In this document: in pieces, positions 51,094 through 63,754 of the stretch | Numbering within the stretch: position 1 is the first letter of the stretch | Layout: every line of letters starts with the position of its first letter | Origin: Podarcis bocagei | Lineage: Eukaryota | Assembly: GCA_964188305.1 (NCBI GenBank) | Contig: OZ076894.1 | DNA length: 64,000 nucleotides | Reading direction: 5' to 3' (one strand) | Program-made: the position numbers and the translations under genes | Notes under the pieces: model-generated | Seen by the model: only the letters and a program-made list of their open reading frames with translations | The model's database searches: none | What the model was told of the DNA's origin: nothing

Positions 51094-51379
51094 CTGTCCC
51101 AGCTCCTGCCAATCTAGCAGTTCGAAAGCACGCCAGTGCAAGTAGATAAATAGGTATTGCTGTGGCAGGAAGGTAAACGGCATTTCCGTGCGCTCTGGCT
51201 TACGTCATGGTGTTGTGTTGCACCAGAAGCAGTTTAGTCATGCTGGCCACATGACCGGGAAAGCAGTCTGTGGACAAACAACAGTTCCCTCGACCTGAAA
51301 GCGAGATGAGCACCACAACCCCATAGTCGCCTTTGACTGGACTTAACCGTCCAGGGGTCCTTTACCTCTACCTTTACCT
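51094..51379 (+). mobile_element. 5'-truncated Squam1/Sauria SINE nested in CR1
   Basis: gctcctgccaatctagcagttcgaaagcac...gtagataaatagg...ggggtcctttacctctacctttacc. Confidence 0.85.
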
Positions 51380-51804
51380 TCCCACTTGTGATTCCCAGCA
51401 ACTTGTATACCTAGGCATACTTTCTCTGACAGTGGAGGCAGAACATAGTCATCATGGTTACTAGCAACTGAGTGCCTGTTCGTCATGGATTTCTCTAATT
51501 ATTTTCTGAAAATCATCCAAGTTGGTGGCCATCACTACATCTTGATGGAGCAAATTCCATAGTTTATTTATGAGCTGGATGAAGAATTACTTTCTTTGGT
51601 CTGTCTTGAATCTTCCAACATTCAGCTTCATTGCTTGGCCCCAGGTTTACTATTATAATGAGGAAGAAAAACTTTCCTATAACCAATTTCTTGACACCAG
51701 GCATAACCTTACATCCCTCTATAATGTCCCTTGCCTGCATTATTTTTGTATTGAAAGAAGCTTCCAAAGCTGTAACCTTCCCTCACAGGAGAGTTGCTCT
51801 AGCA

Positions 51805-52055
51805 CATGGGTAGGCAAACTAAGGCCCGGGGGGCTGGATCCAGCCCAATCACCTTCTAAATCTGACCCTCGGATGGTCCGGGAATCAGCATGTTTTTACA
51901 TGAATAGAATGTGTTCACTTATTTAAAATGCATCTCTAGGTTATTTGTGGGGCATAGGAATTTGTTCTTCTTCTTTTCCAAAATATATTCCGGCCCTCCA
52001 CAAGGTCTGAGGGACAGTGGACCGGCCCCCTGCTGAAAAAGTTTGCTGACCCCTG
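51805..52055. mobile_element. hAT MITE nested in CR1
   Basis: TIRs catgggtaggcaaact / agtttgctgacccctg. Perfect TSD ctctagca (51797-51804, 52056-52063). Confidence 0.88.
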
Positions 52056-53436
52056 CTCTAGCATCTTGATAATTTTGGTTGCCCCTTTCTGAACCTTTTC
52101 CAGCTCTACAATGTTTTGGTTTTTGGTTTTAAAGATGATGCAACCAAAACTGTACTCAGTGTTCCAGGTGTGGTTGCACCATAGATTGTTATAACACCAG
52201 TGTGATATTGGCAACTTCATCAATTCCTTTCTTAATTATCCCTAGCATGGAATTTGTCTTTTTCACATCTGCAGCACACTGGGTCAGCCTCTTCATTGAG
52301 CTATCCACTATGTCCCAAAGGTATTGGTTCTGGTCAGTCACTGCCAGTTCAAACTCCGTGAGCATATATGTGAGATTAAGATTTTCCCCCTCTGACTTTG
52401 AATTGCATTTTCAATCTTAGTGCCCATTCACTCAGTTTGGTGATATCGTTTGGACTTCTTTCAATCCCTTTCTGTTTTCACCCACTTGAACCATTTAGTC
52501 TCATCAACAAATTTGTCTACCTCACTGCTCACCTCCAACTCAAACAAGTTAAAAAGCAGAGGTCCTAATACCAATCCTCGGGTGACTCCAGTTTCTACAT
52601 CTCTTTACTGGGAAAACTGTCCACTCATTCCTCTCTGCTTCGTGTTCCTTAACCAGTTTCTGATCCATAATAAAAGCTCTCCTCATTCTATAATTGCTAA
52701 CCGTAAAAGCTTTAAGAATGTCTACTCTTCTACTAGTGTTCCGTGAAGAAAAGTCAAAAAGAGACTGCTGGCGGTTCAGTTATAAATTTCTTTATATTCC
52801 TGCCTGTTCCTTGCTCTCCGTTTTTTGTTATTGCCTTGATTTTTAACTTCTTTTGTGGCTGTGGTTTTGATTATTGATTGCACTTTCTAGTGACATATTT
52901 TAGATTGCCTTGTACAGTTGGCTTGCCTAGACCCAGCTCTTAGCCTCTTCCAATTTATCTGGATTTTGCACGACTTAGCTTTTTTGTTGAGGCTTCTACT
53001 CTGCAAGTAACTATTGGGCACAACCAGATGCCAAGCATCATTAAGATCAGGTGTTCATGGGTGCCATGTAGTTTATGGAGATGATATCAATTGCCTGGAT
53101 GCACCCATGCTCTCTTCCTCCAGTTAGTCTTTGAAAAGTTGCTCGAAGGCTGTACATTTCAGAAAAGCCAACATTTTGTCATGTTGCTTTTTTTTTTTAA
53201 GAAAAAGTTTGAAAACAAAATAGATGGAAAAGGGATTAGAAATCAAGAAAGGTCTATCATGAGAGTCAATGAATAATTTACAGGCCATGGGCTTTGAGGT
53301 GCGTCAGGTCAGCACAAATAATGCATTATGAAAAAGGAATTTCAGTTTGCTGTAAATCTGTCTGCCACAGCAGCTTAAAATAAAACAGTTTTACCCATCT
53401 AAGGCAACATCAATTTGTTAGTCACTGCTTCATGTA

Positions 53437-53592
53437 NNNNNNNNNNNNNNNNNNNNNNNNNNNNNNNNNNNNNNNNNNNNNNNNNNNNNNNNNNNNNNNN
53501 NNNNNNNNNNNNNNNNNNNNNNNNNNNNNNNNNNNNNNNNNNNNNNNNNNNNNNNNNNNNNNNNNNNNNNNNNNNNNNNNNNNNNNNNNNNN
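53437..53592. other. Assembly gap (156 N)
   Basis: Run of N. Confidence 1.
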
Positions 53593-56500
53593 ATTTTCAC
53601 AATCTTCAATGGGAACCAGTGAAATATGAACTTCATTGTCACCTAGCCCCAAAGCGATAAGATAAAATGAGCTGATACATCATTTGCTGTGGTTTTATCA
53701 TCTCCTGCAGTAATTGGAAGAGAAAACATAAGAGCTTTTTTCCCAAATCGTCTTGCCTCCTTACTCAGATCTAAACCATTTTATTGTGATCGATGCAAAG
53801 GTCACATAGCATTTATTTATTTATTTATTTTTAATTCTTTGTGCTTTCTAAGATGTCTATGGAAACATTAAAATAATGAATATGTTTAATTGAGTTCGTC
53901 ATCCATGAAAGAAGAGAATGAGATTGTGTATCAGTCTGCAGTGGGAATAAGGGGCAAAAGGATGCTAGGATGCTAGATTCAGTAGTTACATGAATAAACA
54001 TTTGACAATTAAACATTGTTTGAAATAAGAATGCAACTGATGTCTGGGATACCTTTCCTTTTTTTCATTAACATCACTGCCTTGCTCTATATATTAGATA
54101 TGTTTAGGTACCTATAAGGAAGAAACACATAAAAAAAATTCCTTTCTCTCTTGTAAAGAAAAAGAGAATTAACAGATGTTATAGCGTACATACATAATTA
54201 AGTATAAATTGCATGCACATTATAATGTGACTTTTCATAATGTTTGCATAGAATAAATGCTCTGCTGGTGGCGTCATGAGATTTTAGAGAGAATACTCTA
54301 TATTTCCCAGAGTGTACTCTATATACTCTTTTATTCAAAATTGACGTTAAAAAATAACTTTAAAAGCACAGATTAAATATTCTGCTTCGGTATTCTTTAA
54401 ATATGTAATGGATGGTGTTTTAATCACTTTTATTCTTTGAAAAATATGTTTGCTTCAATAATTTGTTTTTGAAATTTTGCTTCCAGTATTTAGTTCTTTG
54501 CTTTGTGGCTTACATTGCGTAGCAGATAAAAATGATGAAGTGATTTAGTTACTCATTTAGTTCTGTAAGCTATTTGCAGATTTAATTGCTCGTGTCCCCA
54601 AGATAACTAATAATTTAGCAAATATACTACAGATATAAGTCCCATTAAAATCGGTAGGAATTTCATTTCATGTGAAGACCATGGTGCTTGTAGCTTATAC
54701 CTGTAACTGTTTTATTCTGTTGCTCCATTGGAATATTATGCTTTTTCATACTTAATCGTGACTTAGACTGCAGTCATATCTACTGAAAAGTAAGTCTTAT
54801 TGAATCCAATGAGACTTACTCCTAGATATGTGGAGCAGTGAGGGCAGCTATAGTCAGGTATCACCCAGTCAGACTAATTTATGCTCCAAGTATTCCCATT
54901 AAAATCACTGCTTAAGTTAGTCATAATTTTGATTTCAAAGGCTGTACTCTGAGTACAACTTAGTTCAATACTGCCCACAATCTTTTTAGACAGCATTTTG
55001 AAAGTAAAACTAGGAGGAATGTGATGGTCCCATGGGTCACTGGGTCAGTCACTCCTAACTCCCACTAACCTCCCCACAAAATATACCACTGCCACCACTT
55101 GTAAGGTCATGCTATTTGTTGACCTAAAATTAATAACCCCTCCTAAATACAAAAGGGCAAATTGCACATTTTCAGGAATAGACTAAAGAGATTTGGGATA
55201 TTGTTTTGAAGTCTAAGGCATATAGTCAGTAGATTACCACTTCAGAGCCTTTTTCATTAAAATAATACAGAGATCTTTATCACTTTACTGCTTCCAAATG
55301 GTTAAACTGAAAATGCATACCTGTTTGATAAAAATATAAGAACAAAAGAAGGTGCAGCTTTTTAAGGACACCATAAGTAGCATACTCTGAATCAGTGTGT
55401 GTGTGTGTGTTCAGTATCTTTCAAACTAATATGCCTGGTGTGATAAGAGCGGAGCTGTGGTAATGATGCAGTTTCCATAGCAACTGGTTCATTGGAGGGC
55501 TAGACCTCTGTCTAGGGTGCTGTCAGTATGTGTGGAGTTTCCAAGAACAGAAAGTCCCAAAGAAGGTTTGCTTTCACCTAATCCAGTTTTAATTGAACTC
55601 CAGAGACTTTGAAGTGAATCTACAGACCAGGCAGATACTGTTCCAACGAGAAATGAAGGCACGTTTTAGTTAGGCCTCAGCTGCTTCTAAACTGATAACT
55701 TCTAATAGTTGATTCATCGGGAATTGTTCAATGATGCTTATTAGAGTTTCTGTGGTTGCATTTGGGGTCCTAATATAAATCTAGTTGTAATTCTTATCAT
55801 AACCAAGTTTTGTCCATTTACTATGAGCTGTGAACTTTTCATCAGCCCTCTGTTTGCATTACTGTGTGTTGCTGGAAAGATCAAGGAAATCATGGGTTTT
55901 AACTCTGGTGTTCAAAGAATAAGGGTTTTATTTGTTGATAAATTAATTCAGAATCCAAGGGGGCATATCCACTGCTGAAAGCAGCCCCATGTATTCTCTG
56001 ACTCCTACCTTCCTTCTAACATCTTGTGATATAACATGCATAGCGAGGTGACCCCCATTGCAGTCCCAGCTATGTTCTCCTCTAGTCAGTTTAATTAGCT
56101 TCAGCTTCCAGGAGCACAAGAGCTCAAGAATGCAATGATGTAATGTCATGCATTTTGTATTACTTGATATTGCTGAGGGGGAAAAAGATGAGAGGCCTAA
56201 CATCCTCCTTAGTTTTGCCCTAAGAATCTCAGCACCATGATGAGTTCCAAATGCAGATTATGAAATGCAATGCGTGAAGGAGCTTTGCTGCTCGAAGGGT
56301 GGGGACTTGAAATCATACGTGGGTGTCCTTGGCAGGCGTTAGAAACTCTTTGAATCCTGGCGTGTAACTCTAAAAAATTTCATGCTTCTGTAAAAATTCT
56401 TAATGGTGTAAGCACTGACTCAGGTCAGTGCCTGGGTTAAAAAGACTGTGTACTTCAGAGCAGAAATCTAGACCACAAGATAGAAATTATGTAAGCCAGT

Positions 56501-57632
56501 TTTGTTCTGTAGCGCAACAGCGGTGGCTTGTTTGGTGGTACAGAGCCACAGCAATAGCCGCCTGGCAGTAGCATCCGTGCGGCTTACCAGGGCAGTGGGA
56601 GAGGCATCATCAAAGTCAGGGCTGTTGTGGTGTCACACTGGAAGAAGCAGTGGATTGCCAGGAGGCTATTGCTCTGGCTTCAGCCCATTGGGCAAGCTGA
56701 TCCTACTAGTACTTATTTTAGTGTAAGTACTTACCCACAAGGTTATTACCCACAATAACTTGTCTCACAAACAAGTAATAAGAAATCTTAAAAAAGGTGG
56801 CTTAGAAGCACTTTTAATAAACAGATAGCATGCCTCTATTTTTCACTTCACTATAGATAATGTTGCCTTTGCTTATCTATATTAGGCAAACATTATTTCA
56901 TGAAGGCTATATTAATAATAATGATAAACTGCTTTGTTGTTTCCTAAAATGAGTCTAGTATTCACTCATGGCTGCAATAAGAGAGGAAGTTTTTACTTCC
57001 ATTTCAAATTAACTATATTTTAATGTTACGTCCAAACCACAGTGTCATTAATCTTAACTATAGTTTATTGAAAGAAGCCAGCTTCCTATGCCACAGTCTG
57101 AAGTTGGCTTGCTTCAGTATACCATAGTTAAGACCAACCACAGTTTGTCCAGGTTCAAACAAGGTACTAAACTGTGGGTAGTCAAAACTGGATGTGAAAA
57201 CTTCAATTTCTCCCCATTGAGTTTGTCTACTACAAAAGGGGGACTAACCATTTTCTCCTCCATCTCTAAGAATGAGCTTTGTGCAGTCATGTGCATGAGG
57301 GAGGAAATTAAGCAGGAATCTACATTTAATAACAGTTTCTCATTATGGCAGAACCAAGAAACTATGGTTTCAAACAAGATAGCACATTAAACCATAGCTC
57401 AATATGTTGTCTTGTTTGGATACCATTAACCATAGTTCCTTAACCCTAACAATAAGAAATTGTAGCTAACTGATTTCCTGGATTGATTTCCTGCTTGTGA
57501 ATACTTAATTCATATTTTAACTTGTTAAGACAATATGTGATAGTCATGCATGGCTAATATGTTTTGATGTCTGAATAGTTGCTTACATTGTTTTGAGTTG
57601 ACTAAGTGCATCTCTTATCTTTCTTTAATTAG

Positions 57633-57750
57633 ATACTTGCTTATACAGAAGGACTCCATGGGAAATGGCTGTTCTCAGAGATTCGATCAGTCTTTTCTCG
57701 GCGGTATCTCTTGCAAAACACAGCACTGGAAATCTTTATGGCAAACAGAG
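57633..57750 (+). CDS. LRBA: LRBA coding exon (PH domain)
   Basis: Acceptor ctttctttaattAG| and donor GAG|GTAATA. 118 nt, phase 0/1. Encodes [39 protein letters not shown]. Confidence 0.96.
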
Positions 57751-57807
57751 GTAATACTCTACCGGAAATAGTACTGGAAGGCTTGAAGTATCAGCCTGTT
57801 TGATTGG

Positions 57808-57872
<65 letters not shown>
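57808..57872. repeat. (ATT)n microsatellite
   Basis: About 21 perfect units. Explains the poly-Tyr ORF in the track. Confidence 0.97.
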
Positions 57873-57873
<1 letters not shown>

Positions 57874-57904
57874 TCTATGGATTGTATTTTAAAATAGGAA
57901 TCAT

Positions 57905-58095
57905 TTTTAGTTTGGGCCCAGTTTTCCAATCTGTTAAGGTAATACTGCTCCCGATTCTGTCTTTTGCGGCATTAGCTACCCTTCCCAGTTTGCTGACATT
58001 TGCAAATTTGATGAGCATCCCCTCAGTTCCTTCATCCAAGTCATTTAGAAAGACAAAAATGGGCCCAGGACAGAACTCTGTGGCACTCCATTTCC
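57905..58095 (-). mobile_element. CR1 reverse-transcriptase fragment
   Basis: The - strand reads ...GMLIKFANVSKLGRVANA..., a degenerate form of the CR1 motif KFADDTKLGG. Confidence 0.65.
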
Positions 58096-58638
58096 TGCCT
58101 CTTACATGTGAATAGCCATTTCATCCTTTGGTTGTAGTGTTAGAAGGTTATATTGCTGAAGAACGCAATTAGTCCTCTTTTTCACTTCCCACTAGAAACT
58201 TGTATCATTAGTTTGTGTGTTCTAGGCTCAAGCTGCAATAATTGTTCCAGACTGATCTTATTTCTCCCCAGTTCCTTTTGCTTCTGTGCCACACTGAGCT
58301 AAGCCAAAGTTAGGCTTCATGTAGCTTCTAAACCAGGACTCATAGTTAAACTCTCTCCTCACTAAGTATGAGCTGCAGCCAAGATTTGTCCTTGTAAAGA
58401 AGCAAAAAGGACAGAGGAGAAAAGTAAAGCAGCTGTGAGCTGCTATCCAGGAGCCCATACATTCATGTGGTCTGGGTAAGCCATAATTTGGCTTACTTTT
58501 TCATGCAAGTCATGCCATTATATCAGGGAAGTAACTTAAAGATATATGCATTGAATTTCCAGAGTTCTGTTATTTTCATTATGCCAAGAAACCCAGCATA
58601 ATTGAAGTGAATAATGTATCAATTCTTTTTATCCACAG

Positions 58639-58741
58639 TTGCTGTCATGTTCAACTTTCCAGATCCTGCTACAGTAAAGAAAGTGGTTAATTGTCTACCT
58701 CGTGTTGGGATTGGTACTAGTTTTGGATTGCCCCAAACTAG
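58639..58741 (+). CDS. LRBA: LRBA coding exon (end of PH domain)
   Basis: Acceptor ctttttatccacAG| and donor AG|GTATGA. 103 nt, phase 1/2. Encodes (V)AVMFNFPDPATVKKVVNCLPRVGIGTSFGLPQT(R). Confidence 0.96.
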
Positions 58742-59403
58742 GTATGAAGAATCCTCTAGCTCTAGGAAACAAAGCAAACAAGCATGATCTGAAACACAGG
58801 AAGGAAGTGGAAACAAGAAAAAGAGAGCAGTTTCCACTGCCTTGTTTCAGTAACACTGTCCTTTTCTTTGCTATCTTCAGATTGCCCTATGCAGGCACAA
58901 TTGTCTTATGCTTACTGTCTACTAGGAAAATGAAATAATACTTAGAAGTTTGGATGATGCAGATATTAGCAGATAACATGATAATTGTAAGATGTGGAAA
59001 ACTGGAATAGAATGAATAGTTGTCGGATAAAATCAGTGGTCTATGATCACAAAATGAAGGCTGAATTGGAAGGCATACATGTTGTTCTCAGTGCTGTATG
59101 TGATATGAGAATGAGGCAAAATACTGGTAGAAGGGAAAAGGCACACTCTGATTGTGATGGGCAGAAATTGTGCCAGATCCAGAATTAAAAGAAAGTGGCT
59201 GCTTTATAGTGAAGTGGCTGCTTTTCTGAAATGATCCCATGTATTAAAAGGGAATCACATGGAAAATTAACTACTAAGTTAAGGAGTGTGGCTTCTTTAG
59301 GCCTCCAAGATTTGAAAATTGTATTTAAATTCTGCAGCACTTGAAATTTGTGACAAATTAAAAGTGGATGTGAGGAGCTAGCAAGCAGTTTTGTCATTGT
59401 GGT

Positions 59404-59828
59404 ATGGTGTTGTAGTTGATTGCCCACCTGCAGGTGATGACTGGAGAATGCACTGGAGTGAAAGGCAAGGAGGCACCCGAGACCAGATGTTTTGCCTTGA
59501 AGCTGGGCTGGGATGCCTTGAGCCTGATCTTTCACTTTAACTCTCAGTTTGAGATTTGTGAAGATACTAGGACCATTGTGTGTAACTCTAAGGCATCTGA
59601 AGAGTGCGGTGAGAAACATCAAAAGTTGGAGTTCCCCTTCCAGCAGGGAGAAGAGACCAAGATATGTGTCTCATTTGAGGTCAAGGAGGTTGATAGCAAA
59701 GCTGTATAATGGGCTGGAACTTAAGTTCCCAATTTGGCTAGGGCTAGAAGAGCGCTTATAGTACCTCTTTGTTGCTGGTGATCTTGATGTTACAGTTTTA
59801 ATGTTAAAAAACTGTCAAGTTTAAATGA
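59404..59828 (+). pseudogene. Galectin-1-like processed pseudogene (prototype galectin, resembling avian CG-16/LGALS1 type)
   Basis: Translates as MVL*LIAHLQVMTGECTGVKGKEAPETRCFALKLGWDALSLIFHFNSQFEICEDTRTIVCNSKASEECGEKHQKLEFPFQQGEETKICVSFEVKE, then after a +1 frameshift (~59689) LIAKLYNGLELKFPIWLGLEERL*YLFVAGD, ending KTVKFK*. Colinear with galectin-1 motifs GEC, HFNPRF, TIVCNSK, FPFQ, FPNRL and GDF. No introns. Confidence 0.88.
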
Positions 59829-59888
59829 TGCTCTTTGGCCTCATCAGTCTTGTATCAAGAAGGATAACTTCTTAAAAGGAGAAGATGA

Positions 59889-60080
<192 letters not shown>

Positions 60081-60183
60081 TAAAGGATAACTTGGACAAA
60101 TAATTCATTTTTGCATAGTATGTTGCAGATATTAATAACAAGAATTCTGATGTTGCCTCTCATAGAAGTATTGTTCTTCTTGA

Positions 60184-60348
<165 letters not shown>

Positions 60349-60454
60349 TGATAATACTGTACAGTAGGTCTTAGTATTTTGTACATGTGTTTTTCATGTT
60401 TCTTGTCAGTAGATACTTGTCAGTTTGACAGTTCTGAAAGAGAATAGTGGTGGG

Positions 60455-60589
60455 CAGGACATTTTTTTCAGCTGGAACATGACAGAACTCAGTTCCAGCA
60501 TCTCTCAGGTGAGTGCCATTGCCATTCTAAGAGAATGAGGGAGGTGTTCATGGTGAGTTCCGGCACCTCTTTCTAGCAAAATAGCACTG
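60455..60589. mobile_element. Short non-autonomous DNA element (family of 49820 copy)
   Basis: Imperfect TIRs cag...ttttt / aaaatagcactg, and similarity to 49820-49945. Confidence 0.65.
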
Positions 60590-61476
60590 GGGGGGACGGG
60601 GACGGACAAATGCTGCTACAAAATGTATTTTATGTATTCAAACAGTGTAGCCCAGCAACGTTGATTTGGATTCAAAAAAACATATATAACTACAAAGTTG
60701 ATATATTTAGGCTTAAAAGATTTCAGCTTCACTTGAAGACAAGGATGCACATGATGAGTAGACTAATGCTTTAAACAGTAAAAATAACCCCTCATGCCAG
60801 CCCTGCTAATTTTCTCCTGAAAGAATAGCAATTCATTCTAGAAGAGGAGGCAGGCCGCAGTTGGTGTGCAGTTCTATAGTACTGAGTACCCCTGCTGGAT
60901 GCACCTGTACTGGTATTAAAGCCCCCAAACTTTCATAGTCAGTAGATGTTATGCATGTGGATATGAGTATAGAAATATGAACTCCTAATTTGTCTGTCTT
61001 CAGTAGAAGTTGAGTATAATACATGAAATTGCCTGCACAGGGAGTTGTATCCAAACCTGTATTAAAAACCAGGACCTGGTCCTAGAATGTATAAAATTAT
61101 TATAAGTGTGCCTTTCTTGAACGTATATACCAAGTAACTTTTCTTTATTACTACCAAGTCTCCATTTGCCTGGGATTAAAAGAAGAAACTTCTTGGGCAA
61201 ATGATGTCCCTGTTAACTTATCATACATTTCACATAAATTATGAAGTTTTTTGTAAAGGTTTCTTGTAAGAAGAAGTGAAGGAGGACGCTGGGCTTAATG
61301 GATCCCTAGATCTGATCTAATAGGGCTACTATTTGCAGGAGAGATGTAAGAAACTGGAGATACCCAAAGCAGAAAGGAGATCTGAAGCATCCATTCCCTG
61401 AAGTGTAAATCAAAGGCAGTTGCCTAAACTACCTATGGATTCAATATGGATTCAACTACCAGTAGACTGAATAAAC

Positions 61477-61821
61477 CGGGTGGCTCTGTGGGTTAAATCA
61501 CAGAGCCTAGGACTTGCTGATCAGAAGGTTGGCGGTTCGAATCCCCGCAAGGGGGTGAGCTCCCGTTGCTCGGTCCCTGCTCCTGCCAACCTAGCAGTTC
61601 GAAAGCACGTCAAAGTGCAAGTAGATAAATAGGTACCACTCCAGCAGGAAGGTAAACGGCGTTTCCGTGCACTGCTCTGGTTCGTCAGAAGTGGCTTAGT
61701 CATGCTGGCCACATGACCTGGAAGCTGTATGCCGGCTCCCTTGGCCAATAAAGCGAGATGAGCGCCACAACCCCAGAGTTGGTCACGACTGGACCTAATG
61801 GTCGGGGTCCCTTTATCTTTT
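61477..61821 (+). mobile_element. Squam1/Sauria SINE
   Basis: cgggtggctctgtgggttaaa...ggttcgaatcccc...ggggtccctttatcttt. Near reverse complement of 45036-45386. Confidence 0.9.
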
Positions 61822-63044
61822 AGTGTCTTCATAGCTAGCCTCAAAATAGGTGTTTTTTATATGTCAAATATACATAGTCTGTGATGCTCACAGATGTTTC
61901 CTACAGCATCTCTCTCATGTCCAGAAAAAGCTCCACATCTGGCAGCACCAACTGAGTAAGAGATGAAATAAATAAAATGGCCTGCTAACCAATCACGTTG
62001 CTGATGCTGTTATGCCTAGCTAATGGCACTGTAATGTGTGTATGCTGCTATTTTCGTCGGAGTTGTTTAACTTTTTGTAGGCTCTGTTGCTGCTGTTCTA
62101 GCCATAACTGAAGTCACTCATTTATACCTCCATTTTACCATTTCCCTCTCCAGTCGTGATGCTTCGAAATGTAGCTGTGTTTCATTTCTATGTGCAAGGT
62201 GAGCTCCTTAGGATTCTAGCAAATCCTTCCAGAGGGCAAAATAAGATAAAGACTGTAAAACAGGTAGTGGAAATGCTTTAAGACCTGTAATGTTGAGCAC
62301 ACACAGAGAGAGAATCCTCCATTCTCACAGCTGAAAAATAAAAGTGCAAAGATTCTACTGGGCTACAGTACTTAAAATTTATGTTGTAGCTAAGCATACA
62401 GTTAAAAAAAAAACACCCCAGGCTTTTGTATGTATTTTAACCTCTAGTGCATTATCTTAGCAACGTTTCTGTCTGAGTGTTGATTTATTGCTGCTGTTGT
62501 TCTCCAGGCGCTGTTTGTGTATTGAATTGAATGTTTGTGTCTTTGCAATCTGCATTTCACCTTATGATCCATTCTCTCTGCATTTAATTGCAGTTGATCA
62601 GACAGCACTTCTTTTATCTGCTGCATTTTAAGTGCGGTTTCCGATTAATGCTATCTTCTTGTCAGTGTCCATTTTTCAGGGTTTGGTTACTGTATGGAGT
62701 ATTCGAGCTCCATCACCCATAACTGTGTTTTGTTCTTCCTGCTGAGCTTACATTCATTATCTGACCCAGTGTTAAATGAAATCAAGTTTGAAATCCTTAA
62801 CACCGATACCAAATGCTAAGTCCCACTGAGCTCTATGGGATTTAGGGGGGAAGTGGGGCAGATTGATGCAGAAAAATTCAATCTCATATTGTATGTAACA
62901 AAAAGGAGTCAAATAAATTTTGTTATTATTTTTTTGCTTTATGCATGGAATAACTAATCAATATTATAATAGCAATCAAAAGAACCATTGAAGTTAGAAG
63001 ATAATGAGAATATAAGGACTTGAGTAAAAAATGGGTTTGTATTA

Positions 63045-63700
63045 ATCTGCCCCACCTAGGGGGCACTTTGATACCTTCGATGGGGCACTTTGATACAAAG
63101 CGTAAATTGCATGAGAATGGTAATTATTTACAACCATTTAATGAAAAAAACAATTTTTATTGTGAGAGATCATAATTAGCCTTACAATTTGTTACTTTAA
63201 ATTATGTATCAAAACTAACAATGTTTCACACATATCATAGACTTTATGGCAGGTTTTCTTAACAAAACTTCAAAACTTATATTTATCTTTCCTCAAACGC
63301 CTATCCATTAAAAAAAAAAACTTTGGAAAAATGTAAAGAAGTGTAAGAACTCACATTAGGTAGTAAAAAAATAGTAATTTAAACAAATTGCTTATTAAAA
63401 ATTAGATAATTACTTAACCTTTAGCTTCTATTGCACATTATATCCACTTAAGTCAATAGAAAAAGTATAAAGAGATGGTGTTCGAGATGTGCCCTTTGAG
63501 ATTTTGGTTTTGGCGACTGCAAAACAACATCCTTGAAATCAACACTTGCCTTATCTTCTACAACGGAGAAGACAAACATACAAGATCCTGGTTTCCCCCC
63601 TGAGATATGACACTTGATATCGGTTCTTGACACCTATGGCTAATGGCCATAGTGGATGGAGCCAATACTAATCCAACACAACAGCCATCACATAAACAGA
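63045..63700 (-). mobile_element. Possible DNA-transposon remnant (pogo-like end)
   Basis: Direct repeat ggggcactttgatac occurs twice (~63060, ~63083). A - strand peptide FVFSVVEDKASVDFKDVVLQSPKP resembles transposase C-termini. Not confirmed. Confidence 0.35.
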
Positions 63701-63754
63701 ATAACTAGTTTAGAGATTTCATGCAAACTTGTATATCGGGGCACTGTTGTACAC

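Larger units (their letters stand above)
50993..52680 (-). mobile_element. CR1 LINE 3' portion (~1.1 kb excluding nested inserts)
   Basis: The 3' UTR taagaagagccttgctg...ggccaaaggcccacctag mirrors the 44300 tail. The - strand peptide ELEKVQKGATKIIK is typical of CR1 ORF2. Confidence 0.8.
7700..57632 (+). other. LRBA: Large LRBA intron (~49.9 kb) hosting MAB21L2 on the opposite strand
   Basis: GT at 7700 and AG at 57631-57632. The flanking exons join in frame as ...KKIDPK|[10 protein letters not shown]..., as in LRBA. Confidence 0.9.

Noticed and set aside
57804-58115. Poly-tyrosine ORF
   Set aside because: Translation of the (ATT)n microsatellite plus an antisense CR1 fragment.
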